Source: Pseudomonadota bacterium | GTDB lineage: Bacteria; Desulfobacterota; Desulfobulbia; Desulfobulbales; VMSU01 | DNA: 64,000 nt | Assembly: GCA_031400755.1 (NCBI GenBank) | Contig: JANNQL010000246.1 | Span: 1,008 to 65,007 of the forward strand | Direction: 5' to 3' | In this document: in pieces, positions 57,046 through 64,000 of the stretch | How positions within the stretch are numbered: position 1 is the stretch's first letter | Layout: each line of letters starts with the position of its first letter | Notes under the pieces: generated by a model | Database searches by the model: none | What the model was told of the DNA's origin: nothing | What the model saw: the letters and a program-made list of their open reading frames with translations, nothing else | Position numbers and translations under genes: made by a program

Positions 57046-57552
57046 TTGTACACACTAATTGAGAAAATGTTCCAGGCCAGTTGTAGTTGTATTGACATTG
57101 AAAAACATCAAGGCCATCCCCTTGGTCTACCCTGGAGACGGATTCTTATGGATGCCGAAACAGATCTTGCGGAGCAGAGGAAAAGCACACGTTATCGGGT
57201 AGGAGATAATGCCTATGCCCTTTTAAAGCAACCGCAATACAAGGAGTTGGGCAAGATTATTGATATCAGTCGTAGTGGTATTTCATTCCACTGTATTAAT
57301 CAAGGGGATTGGGACGTCGATTCTTTTGAGATTGATATATTCATCGGTCACGAGCAGAACAATTGCCTGTCCGAACAAATCATCCTAAAAAATATCCCCT
57401 TGAAGCCGATTGCTTATTGTCATGATAACGATAGTGAACCTAAACCATCGACCATGATGCTGCGCTGCGGGGTAGAGTTCGGCAGACTGGATTCGGACCA
57501 GCGGGCAATACTTGATCTCTTTATTCTGCGGCATGGTTTTGTTGACGTCTGA
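57046..57552 (+). CDS. PilZ-domain c-di-GMP-binding protein
   Basis: QRKSTRYRV (RxxxR) and DISRSGISF (D/NxSxxG). Start uncertain (TTG 57046, ATG 57067 or ATG 57148). Confidence 0.65.
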   Translation: MYTLIEKMFQASCSCIDIEKHQGHPLGLPWRRILMDAETDLAEQRKSTRYRVGDNAYALLKQPQYKELGKIIDISRSGISFHCINQGDWDVDSFEIDIFIGHEQNNCLSEQIILKNIPLKPIAYCHDNDSEPKPSTMMLRCGVEFGRLDSDQRAILDLFILRHGFVDV

Positions 57553-57615
57553 TTAACAATGTATTTTTTTTTGCGGTGGAGTCAAAAAAACAGCGCCAGT
57601 AGGTACTTAAATATA

Positions 57616-57659
57616 CAAACAAAAAAAAACCGGCATTGCTGCCGGTTTTTTTTTGTTTT
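57616..57659. terminator. Bidirectional rho-independent terminator
   Basis: CAAACAAAAAAAAACCGGCA-TTGC-TGCCGGTTTTTTTTTGTTTTA. Confidence 0.8.
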
Positions 57660-57709
57660 AAGGTGTTATGAGTGGCCGTAAATTGCCCCTCATTTAATAA
57701 ATGATTAGC

Positions 57710-59206
57710 TCAAAAATCTTGAAAATTTGAATCGTCGTTATCCATGGGAATGATTTCTTCGGGCTTAACCGCCTTTGCTTTTTTGGGGATGGGCCCGGCA
57801 ATCTGCAATTTCCTGGCCGGGGGCGTGGGGCTTTTTCTATGCTGAGGAGTTGACGCATTTGGCCTTCTTGGCAATAGGGTGCCTTCTCTGGACGATGATG
57901 TCTGCACGCTACCAATAACATCTTCAAGTTTTTCGACAACTGCCTCCAGTTTGTCAGCCTGGGAACTCATCTCTTGACTCAAGGCGGCGGACTCCTCGGC
58001 ATTGGCCGCTGTTTGTTGTACCACATCATCCATTTGGGCGACCGCCTTGTTGATCTGCCCGATCCCCTGCGCCTGTTGGGCAGAAGCGGTGGCGATACCG
58101 CCGATCAGATCATTCATCTTGCCCACACTGTCTGCGACCTGCGAAAAGGCGGCATGGGTTTTATCCACTAACCCTGAGCCATCTTTGACTTTATTGATGG
58201 TGCCTTCGATCATCTGGGCGGTGTTCTTGGCAGCCTCGGCGGCCCGCATTGCCAGACTCCTTACTTCATCGGCCACGACGGCGAACCCAGCCCCGGCCTC
58301 ACCGGCCCGCGCTGCCTCAACGGCGGCATTTAAAGCCAACAGATTGGTCTGGAAGGCGATTTCATCAATTGTCTTGATAATCTTGGAAGTCTCCTGGCTG
58401 GACCTGGATATCTCCTGCATCGCGCCGATCACCTCGGACATGGATTGGTTCGCTTGCCCTACCACCTGTTTGGCTGTCTTGGTCAGCGATTCAACCGCCC
58501 TGGTGTTTTCAACATTTTGGGCCGTGATGGACGATATTTCCTCAAGGGAGGATGACGTTTCTTCAAGGGCCGCGGCCTGCGATGAAGTGCCGCTCGCCAA
58601 GTCCTGACTGGTAAGCGACATCTGGGCAGAACCGGAAGCAACCCGCCTTGAACTCTCGCTGATTTCTTCCATGGCGTCGTATAGAGGTTTAGTGTGACGC
58701 CGAATGACAAAAAATAAGGCCCCCGTCATCAAAAATCCGCCAAGCAAGACAGCTGCCCCGGTGGTCAGCATATCATGCTTGAGTTGAGCAGACAGGCTGA
58801 TGGTGCTGTAGCAGAACTTGAGTCGTCCGAGGGTCGCCTTGCCTTCCTGGTCCTTGATTTCTCGTTCAACCAGGACTGATTCAGGGGTTGTCGGTTTCTC
58901 TTGACTTTTGGTGGTGAGAATGGTCCCCTTTCCGTCCAAAAACACGACCCACTCGACATCCATGTCTTTGATAGCCTCCTGGACAAAGACGTCGAGGGCA
59001 GGATAATCATAGTTGCTGATGTAAGGAGCGCTGATCTTTTCAAAAAGAGAGACAAGGGCGAGCGCCTTGGATTCAAGTGCGTCATGCATGAGGAGATGAC
59101 TTCGGTTCATCATGAACGCCCCCAGACCCATTAGCAGGATCGCAGTCATCAAGACGGTTGCCATAAGAATTTTGGCACGCAAGGTCTTTGGTCTAAGGGT
59201 TGCCAT
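57710..59206 (-). CDS. Methyl-accepting chemotaxis protein
   Basis: 498 aa; 2 TM helices with a ~130-aa periplasmic domain; [38 protein letters not shown]. Pro/Lys-rich tail ends in NFQDF. Confidence 0.9.
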   Translation of the reverse strand: MATLRPKTLRAKILMATVLMTAILLMGLGAFMMNRSHLLMHDALESKALALVSLFEKISAPYISNYDYPALDVFVQEAIKDMDVEWVVFLDGKGTILTTKSQEKPTTPESVLVEREIKDQEGKATLGRLKFCYSTISLSAQLKHDMLTTGAAVLLGGFLMTGALFFVIRRHTKPLYDAMEEISESSRRVASGSAQMSLTSQDLASGTSSQAAALEETSSSLEEISSITAQNVENTRAVESLTKTAKQVVGQANQSMSEVIGAMQEISRSSQETSKIIKTIDEIAFQTNLLALNAAVEAARAGEAGAGFAVVADEVRSLAMRAAEAAKNTAQMIEGTINKVKDGSGLVDKTHAAFSQVADSVGKMNDLIGGIATASAQQAQGIGQINKAVAQMDDVVQQTAANAEESAALSQEMSSQADKLEAVVEKLEDVIGSVQTSSSREGTLLPRRPNASTPQHRKSPTPPARKLQIAGPIPKKAKAVKPEEIIPMDNDDSNFQDF

Positions 59207-59284
59207 CTTACACTCCTTAATTTTATGTCAATGTTTGAGCCTTTGCCCCTGAAGGTCAGGACTTAAAGCGATGAAAGGGAAGTT

Positions 59285-60061
59285 TTATTTGACGATAAAC
59301 TGTTGGCCCTCGCCACGGATATAGTCGAGCATTTTTTTGACGCCGCCAGCCGGCTCGCCTTTGGTTATCAAGGTGATTGGTCTGCCAACTTCCGGGATCT
59401 CCGGGGCATTGATCGTTGCATCAACTTTTGACATCGGTCCCAGGCAAACTGCCCCTGAGGTAGCGACCACTTTAGTCTTCATCTCGTCGGCAGTGGTTGA
59501 TTCCACGGCATCCTTGGCATACTCGGCGCCATCCATGATTTGTTTCTGGAAGACTTTGAGGGTGCCAGGAACTTTGGTCCCGGTCACAAGAACGATCGGC
59601 AGGCTAGGACCGCCAACCTCAGACCAGTTTTTGGCCTTACCCGTAAAGATAGCGACAAGTTGTTCCTTGGAAAGACTCTTTACCGTAACATCCTTATTGG
59701 TTAATACCTTGACCACATCTTTGCCGATTACCCGATTTTTGTAGAGGCCTTTATCTGCAATGGCGTAGCCTGCTTTTTCCATCATGTCCATCCAGTCGGG
59801 AAAGGTGACCCCACCGGCCGCAGCATCAATCAGGCCGGCGTCCAGGTCTTTCAAGGCCTGTTCAGGGCCATTTGAAATAATTGTCAAGTTAACGCCAATG
59901 GCCTTGGCCATCGGCTCTTTGATTTTATTGAAAATATTTTCAGTGGGTGCGGCGCCTGCACCAACTTTTACCTCTTCAGCCCAGGCCGTTCCGGCAATGC
60001 TACCGGTAAGGACCAATGCCATAATCACTTTGCATGAACTCGAAAGCCAAGGTCTTGACAT
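59285..60061 (-). CDS. PstS-like (PBP_like_2) periplasmic binding protein, orphan
   Basis: 258 aa, signal peptide ...GTAWA. Type-2 PBP fold pattern (ISNGPEQALKDL, VTGTKVPGT). Confidence 0.7.
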   Translation of the reverse strand: MSRPWLSSSCKVIMALVLTGSIAGTAWAEEVKVGAGAAPTENIFNKIKEPMAKAIGVNLTIISNGPEQALKDLDAGLIDAAAGGVTFPDWMDMMEKAGYAIADKGLYKNRVIGKDVVKVLTNKDVTVKSLSKEQLVAIFTGKAKNWSEVGGPSLPIVLVTGTKVPGTLKVFQKQIMDGAEYAKDAVESTTADEMKTKVVATSGAVCLGPMSKVDATINAPEIPEVGRPITLITKGEPAGGVKKMLDYIRGEGQQFIVK

Positions 60062-60326
60062 AATCTACTCCTCTAGTAATGGTTAGTTGCAGTTATAATG
60101 ATAAGAGCCGCTCTCTTTTCATCTCATGAAAACTTGGAACGTCTTTAAAGAGGATTATTGCCGTACAAAATAGCATATTGTGGTAATGGCCCCCTTTCTT
60201 TGCTAATAATTAGTTTAGGGGATGGGTCTAGCAAGTGTCAATTTTTTTTTGAGGGAAGGGTGTTTTAGTGAAAATTGCCATGCTGCGCTAAAACAGTGGC
60301 CAAATTGGGTCAAATTTAGTAGATAG

Positions 60327-60356
60327 AACTCCGCACTAAAAAAATAGTGCGGAGTT
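60327..60356. other. Orphan perfect 12-bp hairpin with an A6 loop
   Basis: AACTCCGCACTA-AAAAAA-TAGTGCGGAGTT; no U-tract on either strand. Confidence 0.4.
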
Positions 60357-60371
60357 AAAAAGTTGAACTAA

Positions 60372-60472
60372 GCCGTTGTCAATAAATTACTGTAACACAC
60401 CATGCGTGGCAACGGCATAAGGGGCCGTACAGGCAAGGCCAAATCTGTAATGGTTGTTTTGTAACGGCCCCT
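60372..60472 (+). promoter_or_regulatory. Two consecutive stem-loops in the folE2 leader (candidate cis-regulatory RNA)
   Basis: GCCGTTG...CAACGGC (60372..60416) and AGGGGCCGT...ACGGCCCCT (60420..60472, 9 bp), ending 22 nt before the ATG. Confidence 0.3.
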
Positions 60473-60494
60473 AAATGCGTAATATGGTGAAAAA

Positions 60495-61310
60495 ATGAAG
60501 CTCACCAACGTCGGTATCGAGCAGGTCCGTCAGCCTGTCCAGGTCCTGGAGAAAGCAGGCGGCCATCAGCAGACCGTGGCCAGTATCCGTATGCAGGCCA
60601 ATATGCCCCGCCAGCAAAGGGGGACCTGCATGGCCACCTTCATTGCCATCTTAAACAAGTACCAAGACGACATCAGGACTGAAGTTTTTGCAAAGCTCCT
60701 GGCTGAGTTGCGCAACGAACTGCAGGCCGATTCCGCCTCCATTGAGATGACTTTTCCTTACTTTGTCGAGAAGCAGGCCCCGGTCACCAAGACCCCGTCG
60801 TTGATGGAGTACACCTGTTCTTTTGCCTGCGGGATGGATGGCAGCACCGACCTTCAGGTGTCGATTCTGGTGCCATGCACCACCCTCTGCCCTTGTTCTA
60901 AGGAGATCAGTCAGTTCGGCGCCCATAATCAACGGGCGGAAATTGACTTTACGGTGAAACTCAAGAACTTCATTTGGATCGAGGACCTGATTACCCTGGT
61001 GGAGGCTTGCACCTCCTGCGAGGTCTATAGTCTGCTGAAGCGACCGGACGAGAAGTTCGTCACCGAAAAGGCCTATGAAAACCCCATGTTTGTCGAAGAC
61101 GTGGTCCGTAAGATTGCGGTGATGGCCCAAGGGCACCCGGACATCTCCTGGTTTTCGGTGGGGGTGGAGAGCTTCGAGTCCATCCACAAGCACAGTGCTT
61201 ACGCCTATACCGACAGTCAGACAATTGCCGAACCGAAACTGTTCAGCAGCACCACATCTGCTTCGCAGTCTCACTGCGCTCGCTTAGCTGTCATAGGCCT
61301 GCTCGCATAG
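60495..61310 (+). CDS. folE2: GTP cyclohydrolase FolE2/MptA family (type IB)
   Basis: LCPCSKEISQFGAHNQR, YSLLKRPDEKFVTEKAYENPMFVEDVVR, ESIHKHSAYAY. The last ~24 codons lie in repeat R3. Confidence 0.85.
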   Translation: MKLTNVGIEQVRQPVQVLEKAGGHQQTVASIRMQANMPRQQRGTCMATFIAILNKYQDDIRTEVFAKLLAELRNELQADSASIEMTFPYFVEKQAPVTKTPSLMEYTCSFACGMDGSTDLQVSILVPCTTLCPCSKEISQFGAHNQRAEIDFTVKLKNFIWIEDLITLVEACTSCEVYSLLKRPDEKFVTEKAYENPMFVEDVVRKIAVMAQGHPDISWFSVGVESFESIHKHSAYAYTDSQTIAEPKLFSSTTSASQSHCARLAVIGLLA

Positions 61311-61364
61311 CGCTGCTATAGCTCGCAGACCTATTCCGCGCATCTGCGGCGCGGCTGAACAGTT
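61237..61364. repeat. 128-nt imperfect-palindrome element (copy R3) with perfect 11-bp termini
   Basis: AACTGTTCAGC (61237..61247) / GCTGAACAGTT (61354..61364). Core CATAGCGCTGCTATA is the reverse complement of the R2 core (14 nt shared). Confidence 0.55.
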
Positions 61365-61430
61365 ACAGTTCCGGGGATATGCTCTTTTTGTGGCTTAAGC
61401 TGGATAGTTCGTCTAACCAAGCCCAACCTG

Positions 61431-62072
61431 CTAGAAGTTGTCCCCGCCAAACACCCTGTCATAGACTGTCTTGATGGCCGCAGCATTCAGCTCCGGCAGG
61501 AACGGGACTTGGGCCAGCACCCTGACCTTGCCGTAAAATTCGATGGCTTGGCGGCCCACTGCATCACTCTCGCCGTTCATCACCACCCCCAGCACCTTGA
61601 GCCCATAGCTGCGAAGCGCTGCCAGAGACAGCAGGGTATGGTTGATCGTGCCTAAGCGGCAGCTCGCCACCAGCAGGACCGGCAGGCCCCAATCACAGAT
61701 AACATCAATCAGCAGGGTCTGGTCATTGATCGGCACCAGCAGACCGCCAGCCCCTTCGACAATCAGTCGGCCATTCACCTGCGGCAGGCGGAGTTTGCTG
61801 CGCTCAATGACAATATTGTCCAAGGCGGCGGCAGCATGGGGCGAGATAGGTGTATTGAGCCGATAGGCCTCAGGCCAAAAAGAGTCGCTCGGACGACCGC
61901 TCATTGTCCGCACGGTCTCGGTGTCGGTCATTTCCGTAAGGCCGCTCTGGATAGGCTTCCAATAGGATGCTTGCAGCCCTGCCGTAAGCAGCGCCGCTAC
62001 CATAGTCTTACCGACTCCGGTATCAGTGCCGGCCACCACGAATTGCCGGGGGAGGTATTCGTCAATCTTCAT
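61431..62072 (-). CDS. bioD: Dethiobiotin synthase
   Basis: 213 aa; FVVAGTDTGVGKT P-loop, EGAGG. Confidence 0.9.
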   Translation of the reverse strand: MKIDEYLPRQFVVAGTDTGVGKTMVAALLTAGLQASYWKPIQSGLTEMTDTETVRTMSGRPSDSFWPEAYRLNTPISPHAAAALDNIVIERSKLRLPQVNGRLIVEGAGGLLVPINDQTLLIDVICDWGLPVLLVASCRLGTINHTLLSLAALRSYGLKVLGVVMNGESDAVGRQAIEFYGKVRVLAQVPFLPELNAAAIKTVYDRVFGGDNF

Positions 62073-62854
62073 GCCCGCACCAGGATGGTGTTGATCTGGT
62101 AGGTGATTGTCATTGCCCCATCGGCCTGCCCAGGCCAGGAAGAGATCAGTTGTGCCATCTGGGACCAGGTCAGCCCGTTGTCAAGCGAGCGGGTGTTGGT
62201 CCCGGTTTTTTTGACCGATCTGAAAAAATCCTGGATCGTGGGGTAGGTCAATTGAATCATTTCATCCCAAGCCGACGCCTCATAGCCTGTGGCGCGCATC
62301 ATGCACAGGATTTCGTGATTGTTTGGCAAGGGGTTCATGGTGCACGGCAGACCCAAGGTCAGGCAGGCCTGGCGCCACTCAGGGAACGAGCCGTCCCCCA
62401 GGTAGGAGCAGAGCAAGAACCCACCCGGAATGAGGGCCTCGCACAATCTGGACAAAGTGTCAGACAGGTTTTGAAACCACTGCAGGGTAAGGCTGGAGGT
62501 GATTAAAGCGTAGTGCTTGCGGATGTCAATGGTCTCGGCATCGCGCACCTGCCAGTCGATATGGTGGGCTGTCGAGAGGTGGGGGGCGAGGGCCTGACGG
62601 TTTATGTCAATCATGCCGGGGGCAAAATCAACCAGTGTCAATTTGCGGTCAGGGAAGATATTGACCAGTTCTTTCGAAACGGCGCCGGTGCCGCAGCCCA
62701 CTTCAAGGATTGGACCGGATGTCACTTGTGGACTGAGTTCTACCAGCCGTCTCACCAAAGAAAGGGCCGCCTGTTGCTGCATGACGGCGTATTGATCGTA
62801 GCAGGCAGCGGCTGCAGAAAAGTTGGCGGCGATTTTGTCTTTGCTCGGATTCAT
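62069..62854 (-). CDS. bioC: Malonyl-ACP O-methyltransferase BioC (class I SAM methyltransferase)
   Basis: FSAAAACYDQYAVMQQ, ILEVGCGTG; 4-nt overlap with bioD. Confidence 0.8.
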   Translation of the reverse strand: MNPSKDKIAANFSAAAACYDQYAVMQQQAALSLVRRLVELSPQVTSGPILEVGCGTGAVSKELVNIFPDRKLTLVDFAPGMIDINRQALAPHLSTAHHIDWQVRDAETIDIRKHYALITSSLTLQWFQNLSDTLSRLCEALIPGGFLLCSYLGDGSFPEWRQACLTLGLPCTMNPLPNNHEILCMMRATGYEASAWDEMIQLTYPTIQDFFRSVKKTGTNTRSLDNGLTWSQMAQLISSWPGQADGAMTITYQINTILVRA

Positions 62855-62857
62855 CGC

Positions 62858-64000
62858 CTAACCTTTAAGCCCATAGCGATAGCGCAGGTCCTGGCTGAGC
62901 ATGGACGGGATGGCCTGTTCAAAAAAGTCATGCTGACAGTCGACCCCGGCCATGGAGCCGGTGCGCTGATAGGTCATGAAGCGGCAGCCGCCGTAGCACA
63001 GCGGCAGATAGTCGCAATCCGGGCAGCGCTTATCCTCTTGCCAATTATCAAGGTGATGGCTGCCGTCATCCGCCTTTACTCCCTCCCAGACATCGCCGAT
63101 CTTGAATTGTTCCCGGCCTCCCAGAGGCAGGCATTTATAAAGGCTGCCATCGTAATGGACAGAGAAGTTGTCATCAATCATCACCGCGCAGACCTCAGGC
63201 CGCAAGGCCGCTACCTGGTAACCGCGGGCCATGACTTCACCTCGCACATGAAGCGCCGCCTCGATGAACCAGGGTTCGTTGACCGAGCCGCAGCCGCCAT
63301 TAAATTCCGGCGAGGCAAACTGGTCCTTGATCGCCATCACCATGTTGAAACTGACTTTTGAGATCTGCTGAGGCCCCAGGCCCAGCGCTTGCAGCTCGTC
63401 TAAGAGTTTGGGAAACTGCTGATAGTTGTCCTTGGTGAAATTGCCGCCCAAGGTGATTTCTACCAGCCCGCTCACCGCCTGTAGATTCTTGACAATGGCC
63501 GCGAAGCTAGGCCTGCCGTTCTTGAAGGGTCGAAATGAATTGTGGTTCGCGGCCGGGCCGTCGATGGTGACCTTGATCCCGGCCAGGCCATATCTTTTTA
63601 GTTCCTCAACCAGCTTTCTCGTCAGCAGGGAGCCATTGGTGACCAGGTTAAAATCAAAGGTACTGCCACGCGCCTCGGCAAAGGCCTTGAGGTCGCCGGC
63701 CAGGTGGCGAAGGCGCTGGGGATAAAGCAGGGGTTCGCCGCCATAAAAATCAAGGTGAATTTTGTCTTTGCCGCCCCGAAACCGTTCCTTGATAAAGATG
63801 AGCGTCTGCTCGGCAGTGGCGTCGTCCATGACATGGCGGCCCTTGAGTGTCCCCTCGTAGCAGTAGCGGCAGGCGAAATTACACTCCATGCCCAGGACCA
63901 CGGCGGCGGTGACGTTGGGGTTTATGCGGTTCAGCTCGGCGTAGAAGCCCTTTACCTCCTGAAGCTCCTCTTTGCGGTCCGGGACCAGCATGCCGAGGGC
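62858..64000 (-). CDS. Radical SAM / SPASM-domain enzyme (peptide-maturase-like). The 5' end may lie beyond the window.
   Basis: CNFACRYC (CxxxCxxC), FYGGEPLL, DGSLYKC, CPDCDYLPLCYGGC (SPASM). The frame stays open to position 64000. Confidence 0.8.
   Translation of the reverse strand, partial: ALGMLVPDRKEELQEVKGFYAELNRINPNVTAAVVLGMECNFACRYCYEGTLKGRHVMDDATAEQTLIFIKERFRGGKDKIHLDFYGGEPLLYPQRLRHLAGDLKAFAEARGSTFDFNLVTNGSLLTRKLVEELKRYGLAGIKVTIDGPAANHNSFRPFKNGRPSFAAIVKNLQAVSGLVEITLGGNFTKDNYQQFPKLLDELQALGLGPQQISKVSFNMVMAIKDQFASPEFNGGCGSVNEPWFIEAALHVRGEVMARGYQVAALRPEVCAVMIDDNFSVHYDGSLYKCLPLGGREQFKIGDVWEGVKADDGSHHLDNWQEDKRCPDCDYLPLCYGGCRFMTYQRTGSMAGVDCQHDFFEQAIPSMLSQDLRYRYGLKG

Noticed and set aside
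60372-60472. Assigning the folE2 leader to a named riboswitch class (THF-II, preQ1-I) or to a Zur box
   Set aside because: I could not match remembered consensus features. The 9-bp stem with a 35-nt loop is unlike the compact preQ1-I hairpin, and there is no clear palindromic Zur-type box. It is left as an unclassified structured leader.
1-64000. Genomic island, prophage, defence system, toxin-antitoxin or secondary-metabolite cluster
   Set aside because: No integrase, transposase, phage, restriction, Cas or toxin-antitoxin-like genes were recognised. No tRNA borders were seen and there is no sustained compositional shift. The only RiPP-like gene (rSAM/SPASM) is cut by the window edge.

Overview
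Gene-dense, moderate-GC chromosomal segment. By gene content it looks like core genome of an anaerobic Desulfobacterota (deltaproteobacterium)-like organism: PFOR, two periplasmic multihaem c-type cytochromes, many two-component and c-di-GMP genes, and a probable selenoprotein. I can support about 58 protein-coding genes. Housekeeping blocks, in window order: nifJ-type PFOR (partial), dus, tkt, lptE, leuS, dnaB, rplI, rpsR, rpsF, mazG, ppaC, ftsB, lptC-kdsC-kdsA-pyrG, rlpA, pyrF, fba, tatA x2, mtnP-apt, rlmN, purL, folE2, bioC-bioD. I saw no rRNA, tRNA, CRISPR array, transposase, integrase, phage or recognisable defence genes, so this is not an obvious accessory island. Observations I rank highest: (1) A periplasmic protein joining a degenerate 5'-nucleotidase-like domain to a tetrahaem cytochrome c. 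Its reading frame is interrupted by a single in-frame TGA, followed 12 nt later by a 17-nt hairpin with a GGUC-type loop. This is a candidate new selenoprotein with a C-x-U motif. (2) A four-gene acuABC/Pat-like protein acetylation module with rearranged domains: HDAC-type deacetylase, CBS+ACT protein, GNAT-less NDP-forming acyl-CoA synthetase-like protein, and a CoA-transferase::GNAT fusion. (3) A same-strand array of about 9 kb (response regulator, two tandem PhnD-like binding proteins, three histidine kinases), one kinase carrying an internal out-of-frame deletion. (4) A CheY / CheC-phosphatase / diguanylate cyclase operon. (5) A radical-SAM/SPASM enzyme translationally coupled to bioC-bioD at the window edge. 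(6) Three families of intergenic repeats: heptamer-phased GGCTGWAG arrays, GTCA...TCCAG hairpins including one MITE-like composite, and 128-142-nt imperfect palindromes, one of which supplies the 3' end of folE2. All functional calls come from reading the translated ORFs by eye (motifs, domain order, synteny). No database search was run.
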